DNA of 53,803 nucleotides, counting the filler, from Basidiobolus ranarum (lineage: Eukaryota): the NCBI GenBank assembly GCA_040143965.1. It is 4 parts of 4 records of this genome, joined end to end, with 100 filler letters (N's around TTAATTAATTAA, not from the genome) between each part and the next. Parts side by side here need not be neighbours in the genome. Positions count along the whole stretch, not along the records: positions 40,451 to 53,803 come from JASJQH010000489.1; 3 more parts are not named here. One strand, written 5' to 3'. Positions 53,384 through 53,803 of the stretch are shown here, piece after piece. The notes beneath the pieces were generated by a model, which worked only from the letters and a program-made list of their open reading frames with translations, was not told where the DNA came from and did not search any database. The position numbers were made by a program, and so were the translations under genes. Each line of letters begins with the position of its first letter. Positions within the stretch are counted from its first letter, which is position 1.

Positions 53384-53803
53384 CTAAAAGTCACCAAAGT
53401 CATCACCACCAAATCCACCATCATCACCACCAAAATCATAGGAATCACCAGCATCATAGCTATTATCGATATTCGTATCATTAATCGTGGTAGAGTCATT
53501 TATCGTGGTAGTCTCATTATTTATATATGTATCGTTATTATTGATAATAATGGTATCTCCACCATAGTAATTATCACTACCATAGCCACCACCATAACCA
53601 CCGCCATACCCCCCACCATGATGACCAAATCCAGGAGAAAGTAATGAGCTAGCCAAGTAACCCGCTCCTAATCCAGCTAGAGCACCACCAGCTACACCAC
53701 CAGCCATCTGTTTACCAGAGAATGTTTTTGAGGCAGCTGGTTTTGCAGTAGACTGTTGCATAATGGGTGGTTGTGGTTGTGGATTATTGTAAGGAGAATA
53801 ACC
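53384..53803 (-). CDS. 3' end of a Gly/Asp-rich low-complexity protein (5' part outside window)
   Basis: Open frame from the window edge: GYSPYNNPQPQPPIMQQ...GGVAGGALAGLGAGYL...GGYGGGYGG...GGDDGGFGGDDFGDF*. Confidence 0.75.
   Translation of the reverse strand, partial: GYSPYNNPQPQPPIMQQSTAKPAASKTFSGKQMAGGVAGGALAGLGAGYLASSLLSPGFGHHGGGYGGGYGGGYGSDNYYGGDTIIINNNDTYINNETTTINDSTTINDTNIDNSYDAGDSYDFGGDDGGFGGDDFGDF

Overview
Eukaryotic, intron-rich, AT-rich DNA, most likely from an early-diverging (non-Dikarya) fungus such as a Basidiobolus-like zoopagomycete or mucoromycete; this is inferred from fungal markers (HIS3, class I DAHP synthase, class IV chitin synthase) together with genes that yeasts lack (SMG8, C12orf4/FERRY3, UBE2T) and U12-type introns. 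About 18 protein genes are supported: an ankyrin-repeat protein, UBE2T-like E2, HIS3, RPD3, SMG8, ARO3-type DAHP synthase, CHS3-like chitin synthase, UNC-93-like MFS transporter, ELF1, TDP1, RAC1, divergent RPL21/RPS9, small SPT subunit, C12orf4, a GNAT-fold protein, a CM1-like coiled-coil protein, a Ulp2/SENP protease and a truncated Gly-rich protein. Decayed, CpG-depleted copia and gypsy remnants lie between them. Three 100-nt N gaps carry an artificial TTAATTAATTAA linker, so adjacency across them is uncertain. The most notable signal, absent from the ORF track, is the C-terminus of a Fanzor/TnpB RNA-guided endonuclease (DVNAAENI...RPSPFCR*) starting at the edge of the third gap, followed by a candidate omega-RNA/right-end region. 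Also notable are three candidate minor-spliceosome introns, in RPD3, SMG8 and C12orf4. All calls come from manual translation and motif recognition; no searches were run.
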